A stretch of DNA of 40,964 bases from Bacteroidales bacterium (GTDB lineage Bacteria; Bacteroidota; Bacteroidia; Bacteroidales; S143-33). The translations under genes and the position numbers were made by a program. The stretch is taken from positions 1 through 40,964 of the forward strand of contig JALWCU010000163.1 of assembly GCA_027015275.1 (NCBI GenBank). Direction: 5' to 3'. The notes under the pieces are model-generated. The model ran no database searches. It was not told the DNA's origin and worked only from the letters and a program-made list of their open reading frames with translations. Of this stretch, positions 8,262 through 17,900 are shown one piece after another. Numbering within the stretch: the stretch's first letter is position 1; each line of letters opens with the position of its first letter.

Positions 8262-8357
8262 TTTGTTTTATGTATAGAATAAAATATAAGTTATTTGTTT
8301 TATTTATAAAATAAAAAATCTAATATTTGTTTTGTATATAGAATAAATATTGTAATT
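8262..8357. repeat. three imperfect tandem copies of a 32-bp AT-rich unit beginning TTTGTTTT
   Basis: Units start at 8262, 8294 and 8326. They read tttgttttatgtatagaataaaatataagtta / tttgttttatttataaaataaaaaatctaata / tttgttttgtatatagaataaatattgtaatt. Copies 1 and 2 match at 24 of 32 positions by hand alignment. They fill the whole intergenic space upstream of the AAA ATPase gene. Confidence 0.6.
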
Positions 8358-8360
8358 TTG
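8353..8360 (+). promoter_or_regulatory. candidate -7 promoter box (TAATTTTG) for the AAA ATPase gene
   Basis: Exact TAnnTTTG match 17 nt upstream of the ATG at 8377. A TTTG at 8331-8334 lies 18 nt upstream and could be the -33 element. Confidence 0.35.
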
Positions 8361-8376
8361 ATAAAAAACTAACGTA

Positions 8377-9651
8377 ATGTACAAGGATATTTTCAAGAAG
8401 TTAATCATTGAGGGGCAAGAGTTTGTCCGTGATGTAGAAGTGATTCCTCGAGATATAGATATAGAGAAAGAGGGGAATTATGTATTCACTGGGTCTCGTC
8501 GTGCTGGCAAAACCTATGTTATGTATCAGATAGCTCACGAGTTGGTACAGAAAGAAGAGATGGATAAGATAGTTTTTATAAATTTTGAAGATGAGCGTCT
8601 GATAGGACTGGAAGCAAAGGATTTGGGGCAGATTCTCGAAGCCTATTATCAGCTTTATGGCTCTGTTAAAAAGCCTATAATTTTTCTGGATGAGATTCAT
8701 ATCCTTCAGGGTTGGGAAAAGTTTGTGCGTCGTCTGGCCGATCAGAAATATAATGTGTTTGTTACAGGTAGTAATGCTCGGATGTTGAGTCTTGATATTG
8801 CTACGACGTTGGGTGGCAGGTTCATTATAAAAGAAATTTTTCCCTTGAGTTTCGACGAGTTCGTGCGTTTTAGAGGATTAGAATTTGATGAGCGTATGCT
8901 TTATTCACAAGATAGACATAAGCTGGCAGCTTTGTTTAAAGAGTACTTTTACTTTGGAGGTTTTCCAGAAGTTATTGGTTTTCAGAATAAAAAACAGTAT
9001 TTGAGCAATCTCTTCCAGAAGCTATTCTATGGAGATATTATTGCACGTAATAATATCAAGAATGTGCAGGCATTAAGGCTCTTGCTAAAAAAACTAGCAG
9101 AGAGTACGTGTGATGAGATTTCTTTCACTCGATTGGCGAATATTATAAAATCGGCTGGTATACGTGTGGGTACGGCAACGCTGATAGAATATGTTCGTTT
9201 TCTGCAGGATGCATATCTTGTGTTTTCATTACGTAATGTCAAATCTAAATTTACAGAAAGGGAAAGTGTACGCAAGTTTTATTTTATAGACACAGGTATT
9301 TTGAATCTCTTTTTGTTAAATCCAGAGACTAAATTGCTTGAGACTCTTGTATTTAACTATCTGCATAGAAAGGACCGAGAAGAGCTTTTTTATTATCGCG
9401 AGAATTATGAGGTTGATTTCTTTGTTAAATCAGGAAGTTTGATACAGGTTAGCTATGATATTAGTGCCAGTGCTACACAGGAAAGGGAACTAAAATCTCT
9501 GGTTAAAGCAGCTGAGAAATTAGGTGTTAAAGACTTGAAGATTATAACCTATGATGTTGAAGATAGTCTTGAATACAAAGGCTATGGAATAGTCGTATTA
9601 CCTGCCTGGAAATGGATGTTAGAGAGCCATTCATGGGATAGATTGTCATGA
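8377..9651 (+). CDS. AAA-family ATPase, COG1373 type (AAA_14 + DUF4143-like)
   Basis: ATG start, Walker A GSRRAGKTY and Walker B-like IIFLDEIH. The length and C-terminal region fit the uncharacterised AAA+DUF4143 ATPases. Confidence 0.8.
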   Translation: MYKDIFKKLIIEGQEFVRDVEVIPRDIDIEKEGNYVFTGSRRAGKTYVMYQIAHELVQKEEMDKIVFINFEDERLIGLEAKDLGQILEAYYQLYGSVKKPIIFLDEIHILQGWEKFVRRLADQKYNVFVTGSNARMLSLDIATTLGGRFIIKEIFPLSFDEFVRFRGLEFDERMLYSQDRHKLAALFKEYFYFGGFPEVIGFQNKKQYLSNLFQKLFYGDIIARNNIKNVQALRLLLKKLAESTCDEISFTRLANIIKSAGIRVGTATLIEYVRFLQDAYLVFSLRNVKSKFTERESVRKFYFIDTGILNLFLLNPETKLLETLVFNYLHRKDREELFYYRENYEVDFFVKSGSLIQVSYDISASATQERELKSLVKAAEKLGVKDLKIITYDVEDSLEYKGYGIVVLPAWKWMLESHSWDRLS

Positions 9652-9680
9652 GAATGCAGCAATTTAGGATTTTGTTATAG

Positions 9681-9719
9681 AAAAAGCCTTGCAGACTTTC
9701 GCTGTCCGCAAGGCTTTTT
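9681..9719. terminator. bidirectional intrinsic terminator between convergent genes
   Basis: AAAAAGCCTTGC (9681-9692) / GCAAGGCTTTTT (9708-9719). The stem is flanked by an A-run and a T-run, so it reads as a stem plus U-tract on both strands. Confidence 0.7.
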
Positions 9720-9740
9720 CTGATACTTGACAAGGTCCTA

Positions 9741-11429
9741 CTATTGTGCAGGTTCTTCTTCTTTCGCAATATTAGGTAATTCTAGACCGTAACCTTTACG
9801 CTTGTCTTCTGCTTTAAGTAGCAATGCAAATACAAGTGAAAGCAATGCCAAAGTCAGGAAGATAAGCAAGTCAGCCTGGTAGTTGTATCTAATATCGAGT
9901 TTGTGCTCCAGAATTATTTTGGATGCTATTTCCTGAGTTGTCTTGAGAGCTAAAGCTTCAAGCTGTTTTTTATTCGGATTCTTTTGCAGGATATTCTGAA
10001 GAGCAGCATCCAGTTTCTGACTCAACTCTTTCTTTATAGCATTGGTATTGATATCTTTTTGTGGAGTTGGCTGGTAGTTATTGTATTGAACGACCTGATT
10101 AATAGCTTGAGTAGCAGCTTTTTCTATGAGTAGGTTAAGTTCCTTTTCATTGAACTTGTCTTTTAACTCTTGCTTGTATGCTATCTCAATTCCACTTTTA
10201 ACGAGCTGTTTGTTTGGTACAACATAAGGATTAGTAGAGTTGAGAACAAATCCCAGAAGAAGTGGAATTGACAACAGACCAATGTTCTGAATCCAGAAAA
10301 TTACGGCATAAGCAGTACCGAGCTGTTTTTCAGGAATAATCTTAGGAACTGAAGGCCACATAGCTGAAGGAACCAGAGAGAAACCTATTCCCAGAATGAT
10401 CACCATTGTTGCAGCTACCCACCACTGAGTCAGGAATGGCAATGACAAAACTCCATGAACCAGGATAAGGATAAGTGCTCCAATTAGCATAATGGTTGCA
10501 CCTTTACCTTTACGGTCATAAATACTACCAAATAAGGGAGTAAGTAAAATGGTGCCAAATGGGAGCAAGCTTGGAATCAATCCGGCTAATTTAGGTTCGA
10601 CGTTATATTTGTTAATCATCAAGTCATTGGCATAGAACAAGAACGGAAATACAGCGGAGTAGAAGAGCACACATAGAAGAGCGATGTACCAGAATCCGCG
10701 GTTTGTAATAATAATCTTAATATCAGATAATTTGAATTCTTCTTCTGGTTCTGTTTTGGTGTTAGCCTCACTTTCAGATTTATCCAATTTACGGTCAAGG
10801 ATAGAGAAAGTAAGGAATGAGATAATACCCAGAAGCATCAGAATTAATGCAAAGGTAATAGGCCCCTGAACAGAGTATTTTGTAGCAAGAGGTATAGAAA
10901 GAGCCAATGCCAACAGAGTACCCAGACGAGCAATAGCCATCTGCATACCCATTGCCAGCGCCATTTCCTTACCTTTGAACCATCTAACTACTGCTTTGGA
11001 AATAGTAATACCAATGGCTTCTGTACCTACACCAAAAATAGCAAAACCTATTGCAGACCAAAAAATCTGTGCTTTGAGTCCAAATATAACAGCACCTTCG
11101 GGAAAGGTGTGTGTAACAGCCCAGTAGTTGACGGCTGTACCAGTAAACATAACTAATGTCGCACCCAGACCAGTTTTACGTACTCCAATTTTGTCAAGGA
11201 TTATGCCGCTAATAATTAGCATAAAAAGGAATACGTTGAACCAGCCGTAAGCTGACGTATAAGTTCCAAAATCGCTACTACTCCAGCCAAGTGCGCTTTC
11301 CAACACAGGTTTTATAGCTGATAAGGCATAGTTGAAATAATAAGCTCCAAAGATAGAGAATGAAGCTAAAACTAATGCTGTCCAACGCACTAATGTTGAG
11401 TCTCTTAAAGTCTTTTTTACTTCGGTCAT
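9741..11429 (-). CDS. MFS transporter with a ~120-aa hydrophilic insertion before the last TM helix
   Basis: Eleven consecutive hydrophobic helices with an MFS-like 6+5 layout and a central charged loop (DRKLDKSESEANTKTEPEEE), followed by a helical polar insert and a final TM helix. I prefer the ATG at 11427-11429 (MTEVKKTLRDSTLVRW). The 30-codon extension in the ORF track lies in AT-rich promoter-like sequence. Confidence 0.8.
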   Translation of the reverse strand: MTEVKKTLRDSTLVRWTALVLASFSIFGAYYFNYALSAIKPVLESALGWSSSDFGTYTSAYGWFNVFLFMLIISGIILDKIGVRKTGLGATLVMFTGTAVNYWAVTHTFPEGAVIFGLKAQIFWSAIGFAIFGVGTEAIGITISKAVVRWFKGKEMALAMGMQMAIARLGTLLALALSIPLATKYSVQGPITFALILMLLGIISFLTFSILDRKLDKSESEANTKTEPEEEFKLSDIKIIITNRGFWYIALLCVLFYSAVFPFLFYANDLMINKYNVEPKLAGLIPSLLPFGTILLTPLFGSIYDRKGKGATIMLIGALILILVHGVLSLPFLTQWWVAATMVIILGIGFSLVPSAMWPSVPKIIPEKQLGTAYAVIFWIQNIGLLSIPLLLGFVLNSTNPYVVPNKQLVKSGIEIAYKQELKDKFNEKELNLLIEKAATQAINQVVQYNNYQPTPQKDINTNAIKKELSQKLDAALQNILQKNPNKKQLEALALKTTQEIASKIILEHKLDIRYNYQADLLIFLTLALLSLVFALLLKAEDKRKGYGLELPNIAKEEEPAQ

Positions 11430-11604
11430 GAGAGAAAATTTTCTATTTACGCAGAATTTTACTTCAAAAGTAAAATTTTTAAAATTATTTACAAATAAAT
11501 ATAAAACTGTTATATGCAAAAAAATAAAATTATGTGCGTTTACTTATAATGTGTGATTTTCATAAAATAATTGTTAGTTTTGAACGGACTAAAAATAGAG
11601 AACA

Positions 11605-12441
11605 ATGCGTAGAATAGGGTTATTTGTTTTAGCATTATTTACTGTAGCAGTGTCACTGGGACAGTCAGAGTCGATCTTGCAGAGTAAGATGGATTCTGTA
11701 AGTAGTATTTTGCTACGGGTTCCGCTGGTCAAGGGTGATTCTATGCGGAGGGTTTTAGGTGATCGAGCAGCCAATTATTTGCAAGAGGTGTTGATGTATC
11801 CTGGGTCATGGAAATTAGATTATTCTTCGTTGAATGATGTGATAAAAATTTTGGAGTCAAAGGACAAGCGGGTAAGAATTTTTACCTGGGGCATTAAGCT
11901 GACAGATGATTATTATTATTACGGATTTATTCAGAGGTATGATAAGAAGTCTCATACGACCTATTTTTACCGTTTGTTTGATAGGTCAGACCAATTGAAA
12001 GATGCAGACAAACGTTATCTTGACAGCTGGAATTGGTATGGATGTGTCTATTATAAGATTTTTACAAACAAATATCGCCGACACACTATTTATACTGTAT
12101 TGGGGACTGATCCGGATGGAGATTTGTTAAACCGCAAGATTATTGATGTGATAACATTTCGTGGCAACGGTGCACCGCGTTTTGGCTATGACTTTAGGAA
12201 TGAGTTTGGACAGCCAGTCAAGAGATTTATTTTTGAGTATAATAATCAGGCCTCTATGCTGCTTCGTTGGGATGATAGATTAGGCATGATAATTTTTGAC
12301 CATCTTTCACCATCAGAGCCTCGGTACAAGGGCTTGCATCAGTTTTATGGCCCTGATTTTTCTTATGATGGGCTTAAGTTTGTGAAAGGCAAGTGGGTTT
12401 ATGAAATAGACTTGGATGTACGCGGCCCTAAGAAAAATTAG
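11605..12441 (+). CDS. hypothetical secreted protein
   Basis: ATG start, signal peptide (MRRIGLFVLALFTVAVSLGQ) and a long ORF. No recognised domain. Confidence 0.65.
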   Translation: MRRIGLFVLALFTVAVSLGQSESILQSKMDSVSSILLRVPLVKGDSMRRVLGDRAANYLQEVLMYPGSWKLDYSSLNDVIKILESKDKRVRIFTWGIKLTDDYYYYGFIQRYDKKSHTTYFYRLFDRSDQLKDADKRYLDSWNWYGCVYYKIFTNKYRRHTIYTVLGTDPDGDLLNRKIIDVITFRGNGAPRFGYDFRNEFGQPVKRFIFEYNNQASMLLRWDDRLGMIIFDHLSPSEPRYKGLHQFYGPDFSYDGLKFVKGKWVYEIDLDVRGPKKN

Positions 12442-14429
12442 TAAATTTCTACGGCAATAATTTGATCTCCAACTTCGAGGCTGCGTGCCACACTCATGCC
12501 TTTGATGACCTTTCCAAAAGCTGTATAGTGGCCATCCATACCAGGAGTGGGGTTGAGTACAATAAACCACTGTACTGACTCTACTCCGTTGTCTATCAGA
12601 TTCATAGCGATTGTCCCTGGCTCAAAATGATAAGGATATAACATTACTGGGTGGGCAATGTTAACATCTGGCCAGCTATCACCTCGACGGCTACTTGCCC
12701 ATACGCTCATATTGGGTATAGAACGCACAATATATGTGTCGTTATAATAGCCCTGGGTTACAAGTTTGAGAAATGTGGAGACTGTAGCGGGTGCCTGTTC
12801 GGGATATAGCTTGATGATAATATCTCCTTTGATTGTCCTGATTCTTATCAGTGTTTTGTTTGGAATCTTTTGAGCAAATGACCAGTCTATCTCTGACATT
12901 TTGTAAATGGGACGGCTACATGTATCACCTGTGTATAGTTTGTAAAGTCTGCAAACAGAATGGAATACCCGTATGTCTCTGGGAAATTGTAATTTAGCTA
13001 AAGCTTGATTGATGAAAGATGTATTTTCGTAGTTTTGTAACAGATTAAGCTTTTTGAGTCTTAGTATTTCAGATGCATAAAAAATCTGAGCATTGTCTCC
13101 CTTTTTCATGATTTCCTTGAACAGTAAGCTGAATTCTTTGTTGAGCTTAATACCTTGTTCTTTGTAGTATTTCTGTGCTATTTTATAAAAGTCTGGTTGC
13201 AGACGCATTTTAACCAGAGTGCGGGCAGCTGTTGTGGAAATAATTCTTTGTGTTGCGTAAAAAGCTTGGTCTCGGACGAATTCATATTTGGGTGGGTAAA
13301 ATGCCATGGAAGAGAGCAGATAGCTCTTTTCGTAGTCATTTTTTGTGGCCTTAAATCCGGTGATTATTGAGTTGGCAAATTTCTCTTTTAGTGTATCGGG
13401 TGCGTATTTTAGTGCTGCATGAAGGAGCAGGCTACGTGGTAGCCATTTATGTATAGTTCGTGCCAGCTCGAAGTAGTAGTTTGCTTCTTTGGGCAGGCCA
13501 TGGTAAATGAAATATTCTGCTGCTGTTTGTGCTACGAAACTATTATGATCTGTTGTCAGATGAGCCATTAGCTGTGGGATATCTGGGTTGTGTTGTTTTG
13601 CTAGTCCTTGAGCTGCTGCAATTCTTAGCTCTTGGGACTGGGAGTTTAAGTTCTGTTTGAGGAAATCGATAATCTGCTGATTTGTGATATTTGAGACTGC
13701 TTTTATTAAGTTGATTTTCAGTATTGTATCCTCGCTGTTGTAAAATACGTGTATGAGTTGTTTGTAATAATCCTTGATCTTAATGGATGGCTGGTAAAAG
13801 TATTGGCTAATTATTCTTTTTACTTCGTTAGATGATTTGTAGCTGGTGAGGAGTTCAAGGGCTCTTTGTTCACAAGAAGTAGAGGTCATTCCACGTAGGG
13901 CAGAATAGACCAATGCCCATGCTAAGCCTTGTGTTTCTATTCGTGATGTTGGGGAGACTTTTGACAAAAAGTATAAAGTCCTAGAAGAGCCGCAGCGTCC
14001 AAGAGCCTCGAGTATCTGTTCTCTGACTGCTGGATTGGATTCATTATAATAATGTTTGATAAGGATGTCTTCTGTATTATGGCTTCTTTGGAGTTCTATT
14101 GTGTAAGCTGCTGCCAGCCTGACTTGTGAATTGGTATCATTGAGCATATTTAGCTCGGGATAAAGGTGAGAAGTATCATGCAGAGAACCTAATGAAAGCA
14201 AAGTATAATAACGAACTTGTGGAAGAGAGTCATTTAAGTATTTTATTAAGTTTTTTACATCCCGTTGGTTGTGATATTTGAGTACTGTTTTGAGAGTAGG
14301 AGTGTAGTAGAATTTATTATTAGTCAGCTGGATAGACTTTGTCTGATGTTGTTTAGACGGAGTATTTTTCTTACATGCAGCGAAAAAAAAGCTAATAAAA
14401 ATGGCTGCTAAGACTAACTTTTTGCTCAT
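12438..14429 (-). CDS. lipoprotein with N-terminal HEAT-like repeats and a C-terminal divergent cyclophilin-type peptidyl-prolyl isomerase domain
   Basis: ATG start and a lipobox-like N-terminus (LAAIFISFFFAAC). HEAT-like repeats (LNDSLPQVRYYTLLSLGSL, NSQVRLAAAYTIE, NPAVREQILEALGRCG, ELRIAAAQGLAK). The C-terminal ~150 aa look like cyclophilin (IRTIKGDIIIKLYPEQAPATVSTFLKLVTQGYYNDT...GHYTAFGKVIKGMSVARSLEVGD). Confidence 0.75.
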   Translation of the reverse strand: MSKKLVLAAIFISFFFAACKKNTPSKQHQTKSIQLTNNKFYYTPTLKTVLKYHNQRDVKNLIKYLNDSLPQVRYYTLLSLGSLHDTSHLYPELNMLNDTNSQVRLAAAYTIELQRSHNTEDILIKHYYNESNPAVREQILEALGRCGSSRTLYFLSKVSPTSRIETQGLAWALVYSALRGMTSTSCEQRALELLTSYKSSNEVKRIISQYFYQPSIKIKDYYKQLIHVFYNSEDTILKINLIKAVSNITNQQIIDFLKQNLNSQSQELRIAAAQGLAKQHNPDIPQLMAHLTTDHNSFVAQTAAEYFIYHGLPKEANYYFELARTIHKWLPRSLLLHAALKYAPDTLKEKFANSIITGFKATKNDYEKSYLLSSMAFYPPKYEFVRDQAFYATQRIISTTAARTLVKMRLQPDFYKIAQKYYKEQGIKLNKEFSLLFKEIMKKGDNAQIFYASEILRLKKLNLLQNYENTSFINQALAKLQFPRDIRVFHSVCRLYKLYTGDTCSRPIYKMSEIDWSFAQKIPNKTLIRIRTIKGDIIIKLYPEQAPATVSTFLKLVTQGYYNDTYIVRSIPNMSVWASSRRGDSWPDVNIAHPVMLYPYHFEPGTIAMNLIDNGVESVQWFIVLNPTPGMDGHYTAFGKVIKGMSVARSLEVGDQIIAVEIY

Positions 14430-14561
14430 TCGTATAAGTGGTTGTTTTCTATATTTTCAAGAAAATGGCAAAACTCGTTCCAAAAGCTTTGTTTACCGAA
14501 GATAATAAATTGTGAGCAAATGAGTATGAAAGATAGGAAGAAAAATGTATTTGGTTGATTG

Positions 14562-14972
14562 TTATTCTATTACATTCTTAACATTATCCAGTAGCCATGA
14601 TATAGCATCTTGTCCATTCTCAAAGATTCTTATATTATCTTTGTCGTGTATAAGATTTTTGTAAATGTTCTTGACCATAAAGTATTTGCTATTGATAATT
14701 GCTAATTTTTTTATTCCTAATTCAGGTATTTTTTCAATGGCATGTTCAGCTAACCATTTTTGTGTATCAGCAGTAGGAGAGTAATATTGATCTTTAATAT
14801 TTCCTAAGATATAGAATGGTTCGAAGGTTTTTATAATTTTGATAAGTTCGCTGATAGTCTCTTTGTACTGGCTATCTGTGATAGTTTCGGAATTTTTTTT
14901 CCATTTGTATTCGATGAGTCTGAGCTTCTCATCGTAATAGATGTTCATGAAATCTAATGTAAAGAGTTTCAT
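14562..14972 (-). CDS. small hypothetical protein, possibly STAS/SpoIIAA-like
   Basis: The ATG lies 4 nt downstream of the histidine kinase stop. The protein is 136 aa. The pattern IYYDEKLRLIEYKWKK...SQYKETISELI...KWLAEHAIEKIPELGIKKLAIIN...ENGQDAISWL weakly resembles SpoIIAA-like (DUF3478-type) proteins. The functional call is tentative. Confidence 0.6.
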   Translation of the reverse strand: MKLFTLDFMNIYYDEKLRLIEYKWKKNSETITDSQYKETISELIKIIKTFEPFYILGNIKDQYYSPTADTQKWLAEHAIEKIPELGIKKLAIINSKYFMVKNIYKNLIHDKDNIRIFENGQDAISWLLDNVKNVIE

Positions 14973-14976
14973 TTTG

Positions 14977-17900
14977 TTATGAATTAGCTTTTTTTAGAGT
15001 AAAATAAAAGGTTGAGCCATGTCCGGTTTTGCTTTCTACCCATAACCGTCCTTTATTTTTTGAGACAAATTCTTTGACTATTTGGAGACCAAGCCCTGTT
15101 CCTTTCTCGTTTTCTGTGCCATAGCTAGTAAAAAAAGAGTCGTTATCAAAAATTTTAACTAGTTTATCGTGAGGAATGCCAACTCCGTTGTCTTTCACTC
15201 CTACAATGATATTATCTTGGTCTTCAAAATTTAAAAGTGTAATATTACCACCTCTTGGTGTAAACTTTATAGCATTTGTAATTAGATTACGCAAGATAAT
15301 TTTGACCATTTCTATATCTGCTTTGACGAAACATGAATTTTTGTCTATTGTGTCGATTAATTTAATGTCTTTTTGTTTGGCGACCTGTTTCAAAATGTTT
15401 ATGGTTTGTTCGACTGCAATGTGGAGGTTAAATTTTTGAGGATTGTATTCTATTTGATTGAGTTGTGATTTTGACCAATAAAGCAGATTTTCAAGTAGTT
15501 CATAAGTTCTGATAGAGCTATTTTTTAGTTCTGTCAGGATTTCTGTCAGTTCTTCTGTATTGAAGCTATTGGGGTTTTCGAGAATTAGTTCAAACATAGA
15601 TTTTAGATTTCCTATAGGTCCTCGAAGATCATGTGAGACGATTGAAAATAGTTTAGCTTTAGCATTATTGGATATTTCGAGTTTTTCTGCATATTTTCTT
15701 AGTTTCTCTTGTGATTGCAAAATTTCTGTTATATCTCTGATTATTAGAAGATAATGTTCTGGTGCTAATCTGAGTTTTGATACAGATATCTGTGTATAAA
15801 TGGTATCTCCATTGGCTTGAATAATAGGAGTTTCTATTTTTTCCTTGGCATTTATAAATTCCTTGAATTGCAGCGGTGAGGCGAATGTTTCAGGTAAGAA
15901 GTTTTCCATATTTTGGTTGAGTAGAAACCTTGGGTTTAGTCCAAAGATGTTTTCTGATGCAGGGTTAGCGTCTATAATAGTACCTTGGGCATCAATTATT
16001 AAGATGCCATCTGTAGCTCTATTATACAGTTCTCTGAATTTTTGTTCGCTTTGTTTAAGGGCTTCCTGAATTTGTACTTTCTGTGTAACATCACGTATGA
16101 TTATAAAAGTGAAGATTGGCTCACCTTCAACTGATTTAACTATGGACAACTTGGTGTCTAAGTATTTTATTGTAGATGTTTTGTTGTAGTTATAAATAAA
16201 CTCTATTGGTTTGTCTGACTTGGTAAAGAGTAGAAGTTTTATTTTGTCCTTGATATTTAGTATCTTGTTAATGTCTTGATTTACAATGTTATCAATATGT
16301 TCTGCTTCGAGAATTTTTTTAGCTGCCTGTGAGATAAAAGTTATTTTCTGTGAAGTATCTGTAATAAGCACGCCATCTGGCGACGTGTCTATAAGTGTTT
16401 TGAATTTTATTTGTGATTCTATGAGTTCTTTCTGTGTGTTGTAAAAATCACTAACATCCCGTATGGTTATTACTTTTACTGTCTTGCGGTTGTGGTATTT
16501 GAAATCTCGCGATAGAATTTCGGCTTTGAATTTTGTACCGACTTTTCTTTTTATATATGTCTCAAAGTTGAGTATAGATTTTGTCTCAATAATCTTGGAA
16601 GCTAATACTGGATCGAGAATATCGCTAAGTTTTAAGCTGGGAACGTCATTGTCAGAAAATCCTGTTAGTTGTATAAATTTGTCGTTATATTCCACAATAT
16701 GACCATCGACGATTATTAAGATAGCCTCCAATGAAATTTTAGCAAATCTTTTGAGCCTTTGTTCTGATTTGTAGCTGGTTCTGAATAGGTAGAATGCAAA
16801 AGTTGATATAAGAATAAGAAACAAGACAATCAGTCCCAAAATTATTGTTATGAGTCTTTGCTGGCGATTTTTTAAGTTTTCATATTCAGCCTGTTGCTTA
16901 AGCAACAGGTTTTCTCTTGTGATGTCCAGAGATGAGAGCTTTTTGATAATGGTGTAGAGATTGTAATATTTGCTCAGGGAATGAATAGAATCTTTAGTTT
17001 GCATGTAATTATTGAAGCTCATGAAGGCTAGGTCTGGCATTTTCTCAGACATATATATTTCTGAGAGTATTTTATATAGTTTTGCTTGTGTGCCGAGAAT
17101 ATTATACTGTATTGCCAGTTGTAAACCTTTTTGAGCATATTGTAAAGCTATATTGTTCTTATCTTGCTGTGTTTTGATTAATGCTTTTAGATAATACCAT
17201 GTGGAGAGAGCTAAAATATCTTTTGTAGATTTAATCTGGGGATAAAGATTATCAAGTACTTCATCTGCACCTGCGATATTACGTTGTTTTATATAGAATT
17301 GGGCCAGATATATATTCAGACGCAGACGACGATGTGGATTTTTTGTGATGTACATTGCCTTCTTCAGGGTAGCAATGGCCTTGCTAAACTGCTGAGTCTC
17401 AAGGTAGTATCTGCCCAGGGTGATATAAATAGTAACTTTTAGTTTCGTATTTTTTATATTAGCAGTCTCATTAAATAGAGAATCAATAGGATAAATGATA
17501 GGTTGGTTACTTATTTTGCTAAGAAGAGAATGGTTGGCCATGCTGAGGATAATCAGTCCTTTGTAACGGTTATTGTATTTTTTTATGGCTTTGCTCAAAA
17601 ATGAGAGGATAAAATTATCATAGATATTTTCTTCACGGTAAATGCAAGAGACTTTGTTTAGTTCGTTAAGGTATTTTCTGTCCTGGTTATAGAGTTTGTA
17701 GATGAGCATTGCTCTGTAGCCAAAGTAAAGTGCATTATAAGGGTCGTGGATAAGATGATAAATCCTACATAAGTTGCTATATATTTGAGCTTTTCCTAAG
17801 TCATTGATGGATGAGCTTTGTTTTTCTAATAGGGTATATGAGAGTTCGAGTGCTTTGTCAGGACTGCTGTAGATATATTTTTCTAATAAGGAATCGTATG

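Noticed and set aside
11430-11519. 30-codon N-terminal extension of the MFS ORF in the track.
   Set aside because: The extension (MHITVLYLFVNNFKNFTFEVKFCVNRKFSL) runs through AT-rich promoter-like DNA. The internal ATG at 11427-11429 gives a normal MFS N-terminus.
7425-12441. Two secreted hypothetical proteins of exactly 278 aa each (7425-8261 and 11605-12441), considered as possible paralogues flanking an island.
   Set aside because: The sequences do not align beyond the signal peptides, so the equal length is a coincidence.
12438-12441. Four-bp convergent overlap of the stop codons of the 11605-12441 gene and the cyclophilin gene, with no terminator between them.
   Set aside because: Short convergent overlaps are common in compact genomes, and there is no additional structure to interpret.
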